From Felis catus (lineage: Eukaryota): a stretch of 64,000 nt of DNA. Both the position numbers and the translations under genes were made by a program. The stretch is from positions 31,064,001-31,128,000 of the forward strand of contig NC_058368.1 of the NCBI RefSeq assembly GCF_018350175.1. The letters run 5' to 3'. The notes beneath the pieces were generated by a model. The model was given only the letters and a program-made list of their open reading frames with translations. It searched no databases and had not been told where the DNA came from. The first letter of the stretch is position 1; every line of letters begins with the position of its first letter. Below are positions 34,520 through 45,976 of this stretch, piece after piece.

Positions 34520-36110
34520 TAATAGGATAGACTGGCTAATTGCTCACCACACCCATTTCTTCTTCTTTCTAGGCACATATTAGTCCTCCTTTCCCAGTCT
34601 TCTTTGCAGAGAGAAGTGGCTGTGTGACTGAATTCTAGCCAACAAAATCTGAACTGACATAAATGGAATGTTTCCATGTCTGAGACATCAAATTCTTCCT
34701 CCTAGGAAATTTCCTAATGATTAGTGATGTTGAGCACCTTTTCATACACCTGTTGACCATTGATATACCTCTTTTGGAAAACTGGCTCATAAAATTTTTT
34801 GGCCATTTTTAAATTGAGTTATTGGTTTTTTGCCATTGAGTTATAGAGGTTCTCATATTATTTTATATTAAATGCTCATCAAATATAGGGTTTGCAAACA
34901 TTTTCTCCCGGTCTATAAGTTGCTTTTTTCATTTTGTTGATCATTTCCTCTGTGATGCAGAAGAGTTTTAGTTCAATAGAGTCCCACTTGTCTATTTTTG
35001 CTCCTGTTGCCTGTACCTTTGGTGTCATATCAAAAAAAAAAAAATCATTGATAAGAACATATCAAGAAGCTTGTTCCTTACTTTTTTTTTTCTAGGAGTT
35101 TTACAGTTTCAGGGCTTATGTGTAAATCTTTAATCTAGACAAATGGCCAACAAATCCATGAAAAGGTGTTCAGTATCACTAGCCATCAGAGAAACTGAAG
35201 TCACCTAACACCTTCTAGGATGGCTATTATTTAAGAACAAAAATAGTATTGGAGAGGAGATGCAGAAATTGGAACAAATTTGGGAATGCAAAATAGTGCA
35301 GCCACTGTGCAAAACAGTATGGAGGGTCCTCAAAAAATTGAAAAAAGAACTATCTTATGATTTATCAATCCCACTTGCGTGTGTGTACCCAAAGAACTGA
35401 ATTCAAGATCCCTAAGAGATATTTATACTATTATGTTCACTGCATTATTCACATGAGCCAAGGTATGAAAACAACAAAATGTCCATCAGAAGATGAATGA
35501 ATGGTTAAAGAATGTGTTTAATATACACACATGGAATGTTATTCAGCCTTAAAACAAGAAGGAAATCCTATCTTATACAACAATATGGATGGACCCGGAC
35601 ATTATGCTAAGTTAAATAATGAAACATAGAAGGACAAATATCACAAATATAATTTCACTTATCCAAGATATATAAAATAGTCAAACTCATGGAAGCAGAG
35701 AGTAGAATGATTGCTTCTAGGGGCTGAGGAAAGGGGGGAATGGAGCAAGACGAGGAGGTTATAGAGACGTGCTGTACCACATCGTGCCTAGAGTTCACAA
35801 TACTATATTGTACACTTAAAAATTTAAGAGCATGTATCACATATAAATGTTCCTACTACAATTAAAAACAAGCAAACAACAACAAAAACTCTCTTCTACA
35901 AAATTCTTTATACTCTTTCCCCACTCCAAAAGCTTGAGGTAAATATGGAAGGAAACTGAATCCCTGTATTATCATTTGGGTAAGAGCTTTGAGCCCGTCA
36001 GGAAAAGCTATGGCAAACTTCAAATAATGGAAAAAGAAAATCCTGCAGCATCAAAATGCTGAACATTTTGTGTTCATATCTTTAAAGGGTTATCATTACC
36101 TAAAGTGATA
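34520..36110 (+). mobile_element. MaLR LTR (MLT1-type) split by an L1 insertion
   Basis: ttcccagtcttctttgcag...tgtgtgactgaattctagccaa before the L1; the LTR resumes after 35890 and ends ...gtgataca. Confidence 0.65.
34709..35888 (+). mobile_element. 5'-inverted L1 (L1MA-like): antisense block 34709-35135, sense 3' block 35136-35888
   Basis: Antisense ORF2 (tgattagtgatgttgagcaccttttcat) switches to sense (caaatggccaac...atgaaaaggtgttca) and runs to an A-rich tail. Confidence 0.8.
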
Positions 36111-36830
36111 CAGGCATTCGTATGTTGGAATAAAGTGTTGCCAGAACAAAAACTGAATTATGTGGCGTTGGTTTAGTAGTCAAGGAACGCATGATAAGGA
36201 TATTGATACTAAGCACCTGAAAGATGGAAACCTATGTGATGTAAGACATTTGGTAAAACAATTGTTACCTGTGTTATTTGGAAGGCAGATCAAGTAACCA
36301 CTGACGCTGTAGACCTAGGCACAGTGATCGGGAAGAGTCAATGTGTTAGCTTTCACTTTTGCTTTTGGAAAAATAATACAAGAAAGAGATAAACTCATGA
36401 GAGAATTGGCCATTTTACAAGCAGAATTGAAAAGGAATAGAGAGAATCCAGGAACTGGGGCCAAAAATGGTGGCAAAAACTGATTATTCCTAGATCCCCA
36501 AAAGTAAGGGATAAGATTTTTTTCAAATCTTGGGAGACAAGGTCTGGATAAGGTTTCTCTGATGTACAAAGTGACTGAGCCTATGGCAAAAATCAGGTTA
36601 AGAGTCTGAATTTCTCCTCTGTTGTTTTAGGTATCCTGAAATCGATAGTTGACCATTAATTCAAGGAAAAATAGGACACAGAGGAGAATAGCAAATAAAG
36701 TTGGCTTCAGCATTGTCTCAGGAAGGAATTTTAGTTTCTTTATTGGCACAGGGAATTCACTGGAAACAAGTCAGGAATCTACTCAGACTTTGAATTAATT
36801 TTTTTAGCCAAATGAATTTATGAACTTACT
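36111..36830 (+). mobile_element. MaLR internal sequence (MLT1-int-like)
   Basis: Directly follows the LTR: gtgttgccagaacaaaaactgaattatgtggcgttgg...caagaaagagataaactcatgagagaattggcc. Confidence 0.6.
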
Positions 36831-37925
36831 CCTAAAATGTGTTTCAGCCTTAAAAAATTGCACCCCCCAATATTGCACAAAGAGGAAACAGTGTATCAAT
36901 GTTACACTTTCATGTGAATTAATAGCGAATAGGAATACTTATAGACATATCCCCCCCAAAAAAATTGTAAAGTATCATGCTACAAAAAATTATCCCCCAC
37001 CCTCTCACATAAAAGATATCTCTATACAGGTTGAAAACAAAAACAAAACAAAAACATATAGTTTATAAAGTAGAAGAAAAATTCCAACTGGCTCTGACTT
37101 CTACAAAACTAAATGCCGAAAGAAAATGGAGCAGTGGATTTGAATCAAAACATCTAACATCCAGTGTTGTAACTTATGTGTGAAGGGGAGAATAGAGTTT
37201 TCTCAAATATGTTAAGAATTATATTATTCAATATTATTCCTGAAACATTTCCTCAAATATAAAACATCAAAATGAAAGAAAACAAACCAAACTAAACCAA
37301 AATTAACCTGTCAAGAATAAGGGACTGATGGTTTTAGTGGAATGTCAATGGACATTAAATCTATATAAAATAAAGTTTAAAGACATTATTAAGAGTGTAG
37401 ATTTATTATTATATTAATGTAATAATAATTCGTAACTAACTCCTTTATTTATTATGGCCCACATGTGAGGAGAGGCATATAGTGAAGGGAAGTAAACCTG
37501 TGCTAATTTCCTTGAGTTTAAAGGTGGGATCAACAAAATACTGTTAGTCTCATGGCTATGAATTTTTTTTAAATGAGTGCTTTTAAAAGAAATAAACATA
37601 AACAGTAATAAGGTAAAAAAACAGACTGAATAGTTTGCAGTGTACTAGAGGATATGAAAAGATTTATAAGTATAGCTCAGCACAGAGAAACTATGGAGTT
37701 AGCAAAAAGTCCTGAAAAAAGAAGGGAACAGATGACAAGGGTGAAACCAAATATGTTGATACCTCATATAACGAAATAAACAATCATGTTAAAGTCAGAC
37801 CCTCCAATCGGTCCAAACAACACAGCTCTAGACTTTTATAGTAACGTTAAAAGCTAAAATGTGAAAGGGTGTAAAGAGCTTCTGGTGACGTAAGAAGTCG
37901 ATCACATTTCTTTACCTCTACTCTT

Positions 37926-38978
37926 TTTTTTTTTAACTTAATGATTCAAAAATTCTATATATTTCTCAGTGCTCTTTCTCCCCTTTACCTGTTTTGCCCA
38001 TCCCCACACTCACCTCCCCTCTGGTAACCATCAGTTTGTTTTCTGTATGTAAGAGTCTGCTTTGTTCTCTCTTATTTTTTATTTGTCCATTTGTTTTATT
38101 TCTTAAATTCCACAGATGAGTGAAATCATACAGTATCTGTCTTTCTCTGACGTTTTACTTATTTCACTTAGCATTGTACCTTCTAGGTCCATCTATTTGT
38201 TGCAAATGACAAGATTTCAGTCTTTTTTTTAATGGCTGAATAACATTCCATTGTATATATATGCTACTTCTTTATCCATTCGTCTGTTGATGTACATATG
38301 GGTGACTTCCATAATTTGACTAATGTAAATAATGTTGCAATAAACATAGGAGCACATATATCTTTTTGGTATTGCTTGTTTGTTTTGTTTTGTTTTTTGC
38401 AGATACCACTTTGAATTAATGTTTTCCTATTCTTTGGGTAAATACCCAGTAGTGAAATTACTGGATCATGTGGTAATTCTAATCTAAAATTTTTGAGGAA
38501 CCGCCATACTGTTTTCCACAGTGGCTGCACCAGTTTGCATTCCGACCAACATTACAGGAGGGTTCCTTTTTCTCCACATCCTCACCAACACTTGGTATTT
38601 CCTGTGTTTTTGATTTTAGCCATTCTGACAGGTATGAGGTGATATCTCATCATAGTTTCACTTTGCTTTTCTTTGATGATTAGTGATATTAAACCTCTTT
38701 TCATGTGTCTGTTGGCCATTTCTATAGCTTCTTCAAGAAAATGTCTATTCAGTTTCTCTGCCCATTTTTATGTCAGATTCTTTGTTTTTAGTGTTGAGCT
38801 GTATAAATTCTTTATATACTTTAGATATTACCCCCTTATCATATATATTATTTGCAAATCTCTTCTCCCATTCAGTTTGTTGCCTTTCTGTTTTGTTGAT
38901 GGTTTCCTTGGTTGTGTAAAGGCTTTTTATTTCAGTGTAGTCCCAATAGTTTAATTTTGGTTTTGTTTCCCTTGCCTA
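37926..38978 (-). mobile_element. Carnivore L1 3' fragment (about 1.05 kb)
   Basis: ORF 38264..38530 (QPLWKTVWRFLK...LLGIYPK) is the L1 ORF2 C-terminus; TSD tcttta(c/a)ctctactctt at 37909-37925 and 38979-38995. Confidence 0.93.
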
Positions 38979-39000
38979 TCTTTAACTCTACTCTTAAAAT

Positions 39001-39043
39001 ACACACACACACACACACACACACACAGAGATACACACACACA
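39001..39043. repeat. (CA)n microsatellite
   Basis: Read directly from the sequence. Confidence 0.95.
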
Positions 39044-40508
39044 ATAACGTCACAACAAAAAGTTCTTAGAAGAAGAAATAAGAGTGACACAATTTTAGAC
39101 ATTAAAAAACAGAAGAATAATTGGTTACAGACTTTGCAGGTGAAAGAATGCTGAAACCTGGTACAAGCGAGTTGAGTTTAAAAGAAAGTATAGACATTAA
39201 AAGAAAGCATAGACATTGAGTGAATAAGATTCACTAGTCCCTTTCCTAACTTGGACTCTTTAATCTTAGTAGCCAAATTTATTATATATTGTCCTTTATT
39301 CTTAAGCTAGCAAAGGATTAGAAGAGTTCTCCTCATCTATAAAATGATATGTGTGTATGTGTATGTATGCATAAATAATTTATTAGTATATAAGTTGATA
39401 TTCATTATTTATCTTATAGTTTATATTAATATAAATTAATTAATCTATAAATATTTTTACACACAGTATGTACATATAAAAACTTGGAAATTACCCAAAG
39501 AAATTGAATAGCAGCTCTTTGTTTTATAGTGAAGCTCTCTACTTGCCCATTTGGGAATGTCTACAAGCAGCTTTTTAATGCTTCATTCAAGATGCCAAAG
39601 ATCTCCAGGAAGCTGAGGAAAGATTCTACTATTATAGTCACAGATTAAAGCAAAGCCTCAAAAATCAGTAAAATTTAATATCCTTAGAGCAATATGAGAA
39701 GTATTAATACCAATAAAATAAATGCAGGATGTTTGTTAAATGAAAATACTCAGAGAATGAGAAGAACTCTCAAAAATTTATTTTAAAAGTAGGGAACCAA
39801 AAATTATACAGAGACATATATACTATATATAGTAAATATATAGTATATATGTCTTTGTATAGTATATATATAATTAACAGAAGGGTATAGAGCAGAAAGT
39901 AGCACTAAAAGCAAGCATGGGGGAACAGTAGAGAAAAAAAATGAATGGCCTAGTCCATGAAAGCCAGTATCTGAGTATCTGGAAAGGGATAATAGCAGAA
40001 ATCTGTGGGAGAAATTATCAAAGCAACAATTCAATACATTTTTCTTGAATTGAAGAACCTGAGTACCCAGATTAAGAGGATCTGCTGCTCACCCAGCTTG
40101 AGGATGAAAAAATCTTACTCCAAGAGGTATCATTGTGAAAGTTCAGAAGAGAGTATTGGGGGATATATTATACTAGAATCTTTTAGAGAAAAAAAAACTC
40201 AAAAGGCAGACAATCTAATAAAACCGTTTTTCATTGACAAGATTGGAAACACAAAGGCATTGGGCTTTTCAACAGCAACTTTGAATACTTAAAAACAATG
40301 TAGCAATGCTTACAGAATTCGGAGGGAGAATGACTTACAATCAAAACTGTTAAACCAGAATTCAAAATGGATATAAATAAGGAATTGAAGTCTTTAGAAT
40401 AAGTCCTTTTTTTAGCATGAGTTGCAGATGCTGTTCTGTATGGCAATCAGAGTCTCTATTTCAGGTTCGTTGAGTCCAGGTGCCAGACAGCCTAGGAAGA
40501 AGCACAGG

Positions 40509-40557
40509 TGAGAGAGAGAGAGCGAGAGAGAGAGTGAGCGAGCGAGAGAGAGAGAGA
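40509..40557. repeat. (GA)n/(GAGC)n microsatellite
   Basis: Read directly from the sequence. Confidence 0.9.
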
Positions 40558-42424
40558 ATGGGGGAGGTCTACCTGCTAAATACCTAAGGGACAGTTTAAC
40601 TTCACTGCTCAGTGGTTCATATCTCTACTTTTCTCAGTACAACAACTGAGCAGTGGCATTTGGAGAAAAACTTAGTGTTCCTTTCAAACACCGCATTTGA
40701 AGACAGTAACACTGTTTCGGTAAAATATGTTATGCTTGATGCCTTTGGTAATATCTTATATTTTCTTAATCTTCCTTGGAAGTTCAAGCTATTCTATTTG
40801 CACATCTGGAGTACTACCTCACATGTTCTGTCACTTGTTTCAGATAGCCCTTGATGACTGGATGTAATGCAGTACAAATAATCTTTCTTAAATCTTAGTC
40901 CATGGTCACTAACCCCTCCCCACCTTCCACTCCTAATAGACCTTGAAATTTTTTTACCAGTCATAAACTGATTAAAGGAGCCATATAAAGTCATGTTTAT
41001 TCTGTAGGTAAAAGTGGCCAAATTTCACCAATTGAGTATTTAATCATAATAAGTGAGTAATAAGTACTTTTTACAGACTAGAAAAATAACGTTTGGAAAT
41101 TATGTGTGCCATTTTTCAACAGTGCTGCTGTGATAACTAAAATAGTTTTCAAAACATTAAAAGCTGGAGAAAGATATATAAAGCAAAAAGCAGGTTATAA
41201 TATTTACATTAGAGAAAAATTAGTTTCCAGGAGAAAAGACATTTTTGTATTAATAAATGGAAAGTTCACAATGAACACAAGTCATGAGTATTTGAATTAC
41301 ATGCTACTCAGAAAATTATATAAAATATAAATCTATAAAATATAGAATCAGACCCAGAAAAGGTATTGAATATAATATTCTAATATTTAATATATTTTCT
41401 CACAGTGAATGTGGGTATATTTCAGGAATGCATGGTTGGTTTGACATGAAAAATTAATATATTTAATGAAGTATCTAGGGAAAAAGTTAATAGAAATATG
41501 ATGTATGTGAAAAATATAATTAAAGATTTATTTAGAAATTATGCAATAGTCTTGAGGCAAGGACTGGGTTTGATTTTAGGAGAAAAATTAATAGACATAT
41601 AAATAGTAGTATAGTTCTACTTGTCTTACACCACTTAGAACAAAATTAGAATTATCTGATTTACTACTATCCTAGAATACTTATAAGAAGTGATCATGTA
41701 GGGGCAAATTAATAAGTATTTCAAATAAAGATGCTATTCTCTGAATAAAAATAAAACAAGAACATAAGATGGTTAAGTATCTGCTTCAAAACTGAGAACG
41801 TTTTATTTGAAAACATAATGTGTCAAAATTTGTAAAAGGCAATTAAACTCTTCAAAAAAATATTCTTCTTTGAAGATTTTGTTGATAAATTGAAAAAAAG
41901 AAAATAAGTAAAATAGGCTTCCAGGGGCCATGTTTAAAAAATAATACAATTACAGGATATATGAGTAAAAAATCAATATGATAAAGCAAATAGTAAAAAA
42001 CAATACATTAAAATTAATCTCTAATTTGAACTGCTAGTTCTTTGCAAAGATCAATAGCACTATCTAGTAAATATGATAGAAAATATATATGAGAACAATT
42101 TCTAACACTGAAAATGAGAGTGATCTTATAGCCACAGATGCATATAATTTAAAAATTGTAAAACCATCGTTTTTGGGTAACCCTGGTTGTTACATAGAAA
42201 TGTATAATTTCCTTAGAAATACATACATTATGAAAATTAACTCCAAAGTAGAAAATGGGAATAATTAATTATGAAAAGTTTAGTGAAAAAAATAATATCA
42301 AGAAATCACTCTAAGTAGAATCTCTTCTATTTCCTTCATGGAAGAAATCTGTAAAAAATTTTAAGGGAGAGGCAAAGTGTATTTATAGAAGAAAAAACAT
42401 ACAACATTTAGATAATCCTTCATT

Positions 42425-42646
42425 AAAAAAAACAGTTTAATGTTTATTTTTTTTTTGGGGGGGTGGGAGCAGACACACACACACACATACACACACACAC
42501 ATACATACACACACACAGAATCCAAAGCAGACTCCATGATCTGAGCGATCAGCACAGAGCCAGATGTGGGGCTCAAACTCATGAACTGTGAAATCATGAC
42601 CAGAGCCAAAGTCGGCCACTTAACCAACTAAGCCACCCAGGTGCCT
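42425..42646 (-). mobile_element. Can-SINE with (CA)n in place of the usual (GA)n tract
   Basis: Head aaccaactaagccacccaggtgcctc; TSD agataatccttcatt. Confidence 0.9.
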
Positions 42647-43189
42647 CACAGATAATCCTTCATTGTTTAAAAAAGAAACAGCATCGTAATTATAATAAAA
42701 CCTGAAAAAATTACTTGCAAAATATTAATAAATATCTCTTTTACAAGTGATTCGGATTTAGATCTGAGCGTATAACATGAGTTTTTTATATAGATGGTAG
42801 AAGAGTTGAACATTAAGGAGCTTATCAATTAAACCATAAATCATTAAGTAATAGAAGGAAAATCATATGAGATGGTCTCTAATTAAATTCATGATTCCTT
42901 TCTGATAATGCTTAGCAAATTTAGAGACGATTATCCTTAACCTGATAATGTTAAAATCTGAACCCAGTTATCAACACTACATTTAAAATGAAATATACCT
43001 GTAGCATTTCAAACTGAGATGTATAAAACTACTTTTTGGAGATATATGTTCTATTTAAAAAAAAAAAAAAAAAGGAAAACAAGGTTCTGTGTTCAAAAGC
43101 ATGTGAGAAATGTCTCACAATTTATTCCCAAAGAGTATGCTTTTGTCTATGTGTGTGTAAAAGGAGGTAAGAAGCCTTATAGTAAAATA

Positions 43190-43415
43190 ACCTTTTTAAC
43201 TTTATTCAGCTAAGCATTGACACAGTAAGTTTTTTATATTATCAAGTATAGCCACCATGTTTTTACCTTAGATCTTCAGAACTTAGAGCTGAAAGTTTGT
43301 ACTCCTGTACTCTTTTATAAACCACTCCTTTTTCCCACCCCCTGCCAGCCTCTGACAACCACTTTTCTCTTCTCTGTTTCTATGACTTTCTTTTTTTGGA
43401 TTCCACATATAAGTT
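43190..43415 (-). mobile_element. L1MA-like 3' end fragment
   Basis: tagatcttcagaactta...gaaagtttgtac...gacaaccacttttctcttctctgtttctatga...gattccacatataagt. Confidence 0.75.
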
Positions 43416-44674
43416 ACACAAAAAGGCACCTATGAGCAGCATGAATATTAAAATCTTGTAGAACACTGCAGGTTACCATTTTTAAAAACTTAAGACTCAA
43501 GGCATATCCACTAAAGCCAGGAATAAGACAAATCTTCATATTCACAAGAATTGTTAAGCTCCCTGCCCTCGTAGGGAGCTTGCTTTCCAGTCCGGAAAGC
43601 AAGCAAGGAAGGAAGAGGGAGGGAGGGAGGTTAATAACTGAATGGTAGGTATTAGTAAAGGAGAAACAAATTTTTATCATTCTTAAATTTGCAAGATTGC
43701 TTCAGTCCTAATTGCATCAATTGAAAAGCTTTTAAACCAAGAAGTTTACTAAAATAGCCAGTTACAAAGTCAATATGTAACACTTAGTATCTCTTCTGTG
43801 TTTCCAGAAAAGATCAATTATAAATTATAGTTAGGAAAATCTTCATTCACAAGAACAAAATGTGTAAAGCACCTAGAAATACATTTTACAAAAAACTAGT
43901 GCTTATATGTTAAAAAAAACCTACAAAACTGTTTCTGAAAGTATTAAAAATGTGCAAAAATGTACAAAAATTACTATGTTAAGAAAGTATAGAACTATAT
44001 TCATTGTTCCAAAGAATGTAAGAGCATTTGTCTTGGATAATTTTAATTTTGTAAAGAAGCAAATTTGCTCCAAATAGATCTTTGAATTTATAATTATTTC
44101 AATCAAAATACCATTTTCTTCCTGGTATTCAGATAAATTGTCCAAACAGATGTGAAAAAATAATTGTGAGCCTTATCCAGAATAATCAAAATAGGATATC
44201 TAATAATTCATGGAAAAGAAGGTAATGGAAGTAGTTTTTGCACTGCCAGATATTAAACTCGTTATAAATCAGTAACTATAAACATGCTTTACTGATAAAA
44301 GGATAGGTATACATATAAATGAAATGGGGGAAATGTCCAAAAAATCATAAAGGTATAATAAGAATATGGCATAAGTGCTACGTAATAAATTGAAAAAGCA
44401 GTATCATGCCATTGGTGATAAATGAGAACAAAGAACAACCCAGGGCAGATAACTAGTTGAGGGAAAGTTTATCTCATAAACTGCCAAAGGGGAACGTAAA
44501 CTGGAAAACATTGTCTGGAGAAATGATCATCAGTAGGTTTCAAAAATGTTCAATTTGTATATATATGCCCTTTGGGCTCTGACTCCCCACTCCATCTCCT
44601 TTAGCCAATAAAAAATTTTTATTTTTAGTAATCCAGTCTGAGAAAATAATCACAAATTTCACAAAGATATGCTC

Positions 44675-44896
44675 TTTTTTTTTTTAATTTTTTTTAACGT
44701 TTATTTATTTTTGAGACAGAGAGAGACAGAGCATGAATGGGGGAGGGTCAGAGAGAGGGAGACACAGAATCTGAAACAGGCTCCAGGCTCTGAGCCGTCA
44801 GCACAGAGCCCGACGCGGGGCTCGAACTCACGGACCGCGAGATCATGACCTGAGCTGAAGTCGGCCGCTTAACTGACTGAGCCACCCAGGTGCCCC
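44675..44896 (-). mobile_element. Young SINEC_Fc
   Basis: Near-consensus with CpGs retained; TSD cacaaagatatgctctt. Confidence 0.96.
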
Positions 44897-44948
44897 CACA
44901 AAGATATGCTCTTAAGGCTATTAATCTCACTGTGGTTGAGAATATGTA

Positions 44949-44969
44949 TACACACACACATTCACACAT

Positions 44970-45005
<36 letters not shown>
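44949..45005. repeat. (CA)n microsatellite
   Basis: Read directly from the sequence. Confidence 0.95.
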
Positions 45006-45008
<3 letters not shown>

Positions 45009-45400
45009 TGGAAATATATGGATATATATGGAAAGAACCTGAATATCCAATAATAGAAGTGTAATTTAAATATGCTTTAGATATATAATATAAGTAGAGC
45101 TATTATTAAGACTGAGGGGATTGTATCTGATATGAAAAATTGTTTCAACATACACTAAAATTTTTACAGTATACAAATATATATCTGTACGCACAGGGAG
45201 ACAAACACTGAACCAGAGACAGAAAGGCAATCCTTGCTTCGTAGTAAGTTTTGGTTAACATAGTGTGTGGGTGTGTGGGTGTGGGTGTGTGCATCTCTGT
45301 CTGTGTCTGCCTCTCTTTCTTTGTCACTCTCACAGAGAATGTTTTTGTTTTGTTTTGGTCATTCACTTCTCTACTCAATTACTTAAGTCCCATGATTTTT

Positions 45401-45976
45401 TTTTTATATGTAATGTATTGTCAAATTGGTTTCCATACAACACCCAGTGCTCACCCAACAGATGCCCCCCTCAATGCCCATCACCCACTTTCCCCTCTCC
45501 CCCACGCCCCATCAACCCTCAGTTTGTTCTCAGTATTTAAGAGTCTCTTATGATTTGCCTCCTTCCCTCTAACTTTTGTTCCCCCTTTCCCTCCCCCTTG
45601 GGCTTCTGTTGAGTTTCTCATAATTGGCAGAAGACATGCATAGACCCTTTTCTAAAGAAGACATCCAGATGGCTAACAGGCACATGAGAAGATGCTCAAC
45701 ATTACTCCTCATCAGGGAAACACAAATCAAAACCACACTGAGATACCACTTCCCACCAGTCAGAGTGGCTAAAATGAACAGATCAGGACACTATAGATGC
45801 TGGCGAGGATGTGGAGAAACGGGAACCCTCTTGCACTGTTGGTAGGAATCCAAACTGGTGCAGCTGCTCTGGAAAACAGTGTGGGGGTTCCTCAAAAAAT
45901 TAAAAATAGATCTACCCTGTGACCCAGCAATAGCACTGCTAGGAATTTACCCAAGGGATACAGGAGGGCTGGTGCA
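45401..45976 (-). mobile_element. Felid L1 (L1_Fc-like), 5'-truncated and 5'-inverted
   Basis: Poly(T) and antisense 3'UTR to 45620, then sense ORF2 piece ([31 protein letters not shown]); perfect 17-bp TSD taagtcccatgattttt at 45384-45400 and 45977-45993. Confidence 0.95.

Larger units (their letters stand above)
36860..44640 (+). mobile_element. Highly degenerate ancient L1 (L1ME/HAL1-like) fragments hosting younger insertions
   Basis: Very A-rich plus strand with residual L1 motifs (gacttctacaaaactaaatgccgaaagaaaatggagcag; agttctttgcaaagatcaata; tcattcacaagaacaaaa...cacctagaaata; cactgccagatattaaactc). Confidence 0.55.
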
